From Candidatus Saccharicenans sp. (GTDB lineage: Bacteria > Acidobacteriota > Aminicenantia > Aminicenantales > Saccharicenantaceae): a stretch of 64,000 bases of DNA. The stretch covers positions 29,477-93,476 of the forward strand of contig JAGOPD010000004.1 in assembly GCA_017992175.1 (NCBI GenBank), read 5' to 3'. Both the position numbers and the translations under genes were made by a program. Positions 61,619 to 64,000 of the stretch are shown here, piece by piece. Below the pieces are notes generated by a model that saw only the letters and a list, made by a program, of their open reading frames with translations, ran no database searches and had not been told where the DNA came from. Each line of letters begins with the position of its first letter. Position 1 is the stretch's first letter.

Positions 61619-62596
61619 ATGGAAAAATTTTATGAGATTGATGACCGTGAAAGCCTCATCAGGTATTTAAACCTCGCTCTTGAGCATGAATGGGCCGTCA
61701 GCTTTGAATATATCATTCACGCCTATTCCATGCCCAAAGCTAAATATTTTTATCAAGACCCGGTCATGGACGACCGCTTCGATGTCCGGGCTCAGACTAT
61801 TCAGATAGGCATAGATGAAATGTATCATGCTCTCGAGATAAGCCTTCTCCTGAAACAGATCGGAGCCGAACCTTCCTTCCGGACAGCCGTTATCAAACGC
61901 TATCCGCTAATCATAGATAATTTAAGCAGAGACAAGGCCACCGAAGATGAGGTAACCGAGTATTATCAGCAGGTCAAATTCAATAATATCGATGAGCCAA
62001 AGATTCAGAATATGCTTTTCAACATGGCTGCCGATGAAACGAGGCATGGCCGCCAGTTTGAGGCTATGATTAAAATGATGGAAAAAGAAGGCCTGACCGG
62101 AGAGCTGATTTTTAAGCCCAATCCTGAAGCCGGCAGCCGGGAGGATCTCAAGATTCTTCATGAACTCACCAGGCTTGAAAACTCGATGATGCATGAATAT
62201 CTTTATTATGTCCTTCTCTTTAGCGAGCATCAGGACCTCGGTCAGAGGCTTTTTAAAAATTCAATCAACCATATGCGTCACTGGGACAAACTATCAGGTT
62301 TGCTGGTTAAGCTGGGAGATGTCATCCAGCTGGAGAATGTCCAGCCCGCAGAGAACGGTGGCGAGCAAAGTTCGATGCCCATGCCTTATGCTTATCCGGG
62401 GAAAACACGGGTGGAGGCCCTCGACAGCACCCTTCGGGGTGAAAAGCAGCTAATAGAAAAGTATCAACAGGCTATTGATCTGGTGCCAGGAGAAGAGATT
62501 AAAGCTCAGTTAAAAGCTCAGCTGGCTCTTACCCGTGAACATCTCTACACCCAGGAAAGATTACTGGCTAATACCAGAAGAACGAAGATAGTTTAA
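61619..62596 (+). CDS. tandem ferritin-like (rubrerythrin/bacterioferritin-type four-helix bundle) domain protein
   Basis: Two halves each carry E...ExxH-type di-iron ligand patterns (LEHEW, DEMYH, ADETRHG; MMHEY, INHMRH, TREH). SD AAGGAAG. Confidence 0.55.
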   Translation: MEKFYEIDDRESLIRYLNLALEHEWAVSFEYIIHAYSMPKAKYFYQDPVMDDRFDVRAQTIQIGIDEMYHALEISLLLKQIGAEPSFRTAVIKRYPLIIDNLSRDKATEDEVTEYYQQVKFNNIDEPKIQNMLFNMAADETRHGRQFEAMIKMMEKEGLTGELIFKPNPEAGSREDLKILHELTRLENSMMHEYLYYVLLFSEHQDLGQRLFKNSINHMRHWDKLSGLLVKLGDVIQLENVQPAENGGEQSSMPMPYAYPGKTRVEALDSTLRGEKQLIEKYQQAIDLVPGEEIKAQLKAQLALTREHLYTQERLLANTRRTKIV

Positions 62597-62763
62597 GGCC
62601 GCCAGAAAATTATTTGATTCGGCCAGGCAGAAATTCGCCCGGAAAAAGTGATTAAAGCTAATTAACCAGGATATAAATAAGGGTAGTGGAGACCTCAGGA
62701 TTAAGCTTCTAACAGAACAAATTTAAAAAGATAGCCAGTATTAATTCGGAAAAGGAGGTGGCG

Positions 62764-64000
62764 GTGAAAGGCGAAGCTTTAGTTAAACCCGGTGAAACTA
62801 ATTTCTGGTTGCGGCTTTTTATCACCTGTTTCTGCCTGAGTTTGGGTTTTATCTTTTTTAATTCATCTTTGGCTGGTGCTCAAACAGAACAGTCCCAAGA
62901 GAACAAGCCGCAACTTACCTTAGAAAAAATAATGGCCGGCGAAGAATTTTATGGCACGCCACCTTCCAACCCGACCTGGGCGGTTGACGGAAAGACATTA
63001 TACTTTCAGTGGAAAAAGCCAGGTGAGAAAAGTTCAGAGATCTATGCGGTGAGCCTCAAGAATCCAGTCCCGGTCAAAATCACCCGCGAACAAATACTGC
63101 TTAACCCACCCGATGGCGGACAGATTGGTGGAGGACGCTTCCGCGGACGTGGTGGTTTCGGTTTTGGCCGCTTTGGTTCGCAATGGAGCTGGGATAAGGA
63201 TCATCAGCGGTTGCTCATCACTCAAAACGGAGAAATTTTCCTCTACCGTCTGGCTGATAAAAAAATTCAACAGCTAGTCGCCGGGACAGAAAGAACGAGT
63301 GGTGCCAGCTTTACCTTTGACGAGAAAGGCGTTTATTTTTTAGTTAAAGAAAATCTTTATCTGCTGTCTCTGGCTGACGGGACTTTGAAGCAATTAACCT
63401 CTTTTACCAGAGAAAAACCGCCGGCACCCAGGACGCCGGGAGAAGTGGAAAAATGGTATGAAGATCAGCAACGCGAATTATTCAAGGAAGTCTTCAGAGT
63501 GGGCTTTGAAGGTGGCGAGCAGTTAAGGCGTGGCCAGGACTTTTTGCCCCCTTTGAGCCGGGAGACACCCAGGAAAAAACCATTTTATCTGACTGAAAAG
63601 CAGCGGCTGCTGGCGGCCGAGCCATCACCCGATGGGAAGTATGTTCTTTTTACGCTAAGCGAGGATCTGGGAGCAAAAATGGCTATGGTTCCAGCTTACG
63701 TCACAAAGTCAGGATATACAGAATTAGTCCCCTCTCACACCAAAGCCGCCGAAAACCCGACCGCTTATAAGCTCGGCATTATGAAGACCGACACGGGTGA
63801 AGTTATCTGGGTTGACTATGGTCAGGGCGAACGTCAGATAAATCCCGGCCTGTGGCTGTGGTCTCCAGACGGCAAGAAATGCCTCCTTCAAGGAGAGGCG
63901 GAAGACCGCAAAGATGCCTGGCTCTGGCTTCTTGAGCCAGCTACGGGGAAAACCACGCCGGTTGAAAATATTCATGATGACGCCTGGGTTGGTCCACTGG
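62764..64000 (+). CDS. S9-family serine peptidase, DPP-IV-type N-terminal beta-propeller region (partial; runs off the right edge)
   Basis: This ORF is absent from the track because it has no stop in the window. GTG 62764 follows SD AAGGAGG (62752-62758). It has a signal-anchor helix. LTLEKIMAGEEFYG...WAVDGKTLYF and WLWSPDGKK...DAW blocks are typical of DPPIV_N. The frame is open to base 64000. Confidence 0.6.
   Translation, partial: MKGEALVKPGETNFWLRLFITCFCLSLGFIFFNSSLAGAQTEQSQENKPQLTLEKIMAGEEFYGTPPSNPTWAVDGKTLYFQWKKPGEKSSEIYAVSLKNPVPVKITREQILLNPPDGGQIGGGRFRGRGGFGFGRFGSQWSWDKDHQRLLITQNGEIFLYRLADKKIQQLVAGTERTSGASFTFDEKGVYFLVKENLYLLSLADGTLKQLTSFTREKPPAPRTPGEVEKWYEDQQRELFKEVFRVGFEGGEQLRRGQDFLPPLSRETPRKKPFYLTEKQRLLAAEPSPDGKYVLFTLSEDLGAKMAMVPAYVTKSGYTELVPSHTKAAENPTAYKLGIMKTDTGEVIWVDYGQGERQINPGLWLWSPDGKKCLLQGEAEDRKDAWLWLLEPATGKTTPVENIHDDAWVGPL

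Noticed and set aside
1-64000. Search by eye for CRISPR arrays, tRNA/rRNA genes, transposases, integrases, reverse transcriptases, toxin-antitoxin pairs or known defence genes
   Set aside because: I saw no regularly spaced direct repeats, no tRNA T-arm signatures (GGTTCGAAT-like) in intergenic DNA, and no ORF with the corresponding catalytic motifs. This absence comes from visual inspection only, and a tRNAscan/Infernal/HMM run would be needed to be certain.

Overview
This 64 kb window looks like ordinary chromosomal DNA from a diderm (Gram-negative-type) bacterium. It is probably an uncultivated anaerobe or facultative anaerobe; the Acidobacteriota/Aminicenantes-like gene content is only my impression, not a search result. 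About 52 protein genes are densely packed. I saw no rRNA, tRNA, CRISPR array, integrase, transposase or phage genes.

Recognisable modules, left to right:
- a PgsA-less poly-gamma-glutamate cluster (pgsB-pgsC plus a system protein)
- an operon of M19 dipeptidase, orphan family-5 solute-binding protein, HAMP histidine kinase and sigma-54 NtrC-type regulator, followed by a lone receiver protein and a DUF89 phosphatase
- lipid and envelope genes (DAG-kinase-like lipid kinase, SDR epimerase, CPBP protease, PAP2, OsmC)
- several small beta-barrel outer-membrane proteins and a Kef-type K+/H+ antiporter
- a CBM9/DUF5916 protein and a ~1100 aa SBBP-repeat/CARDB surface protein
- an RND efflux operon with one adaptor and two tandem permeases
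- malic enzyme and a CBS-pair protein
- an anaerobic ribonucleotide reductase operon (nrdD, glutaredoxin-like gene, nrdG, dut) with NrdR-type boxes
- YjbQ, an MFS transporter, an amidase and pgi
- an envelope cluster (secreted protein, FecR/WxxGxW protein, Spy/CpxP-like protein)
- a ribose-type sugar ABC transporter, FadL, DUF3467, M64 peptidase, agmatinase and a tandem ferritin-like protein
- an S9/DPP-IV-like peptidase that runs off the right edge

The most interesting signals are regulatory or RNA-level and are not explained by the ORF track.
1. Three sigma-54 (-24/-12) promoters can be read directly from the sequence.
2. One of them is a perfect consensus. Together with an upstream dyad and an intrinsic terminator it defines an orphan ~270 nt transcription unit, either an sRNA or a nearly leaderless 78 aa mRNA, between the regulator operon and pgsB.
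3. That promoter and the one in front of the lone receiver gene share a GTAAAA-N3-TTTTAC-like dyad at about -95 and -105. This suggests a local feedback circuit run by the adjacent NtrC-type regulator.
4. Two long non-coding gaps (58258-58805 and 61168-61618) carry strong promoter, hairpin and terminator signals with no assigned gene.

All functional calls come from motif recognition by eye. No database search was possible.
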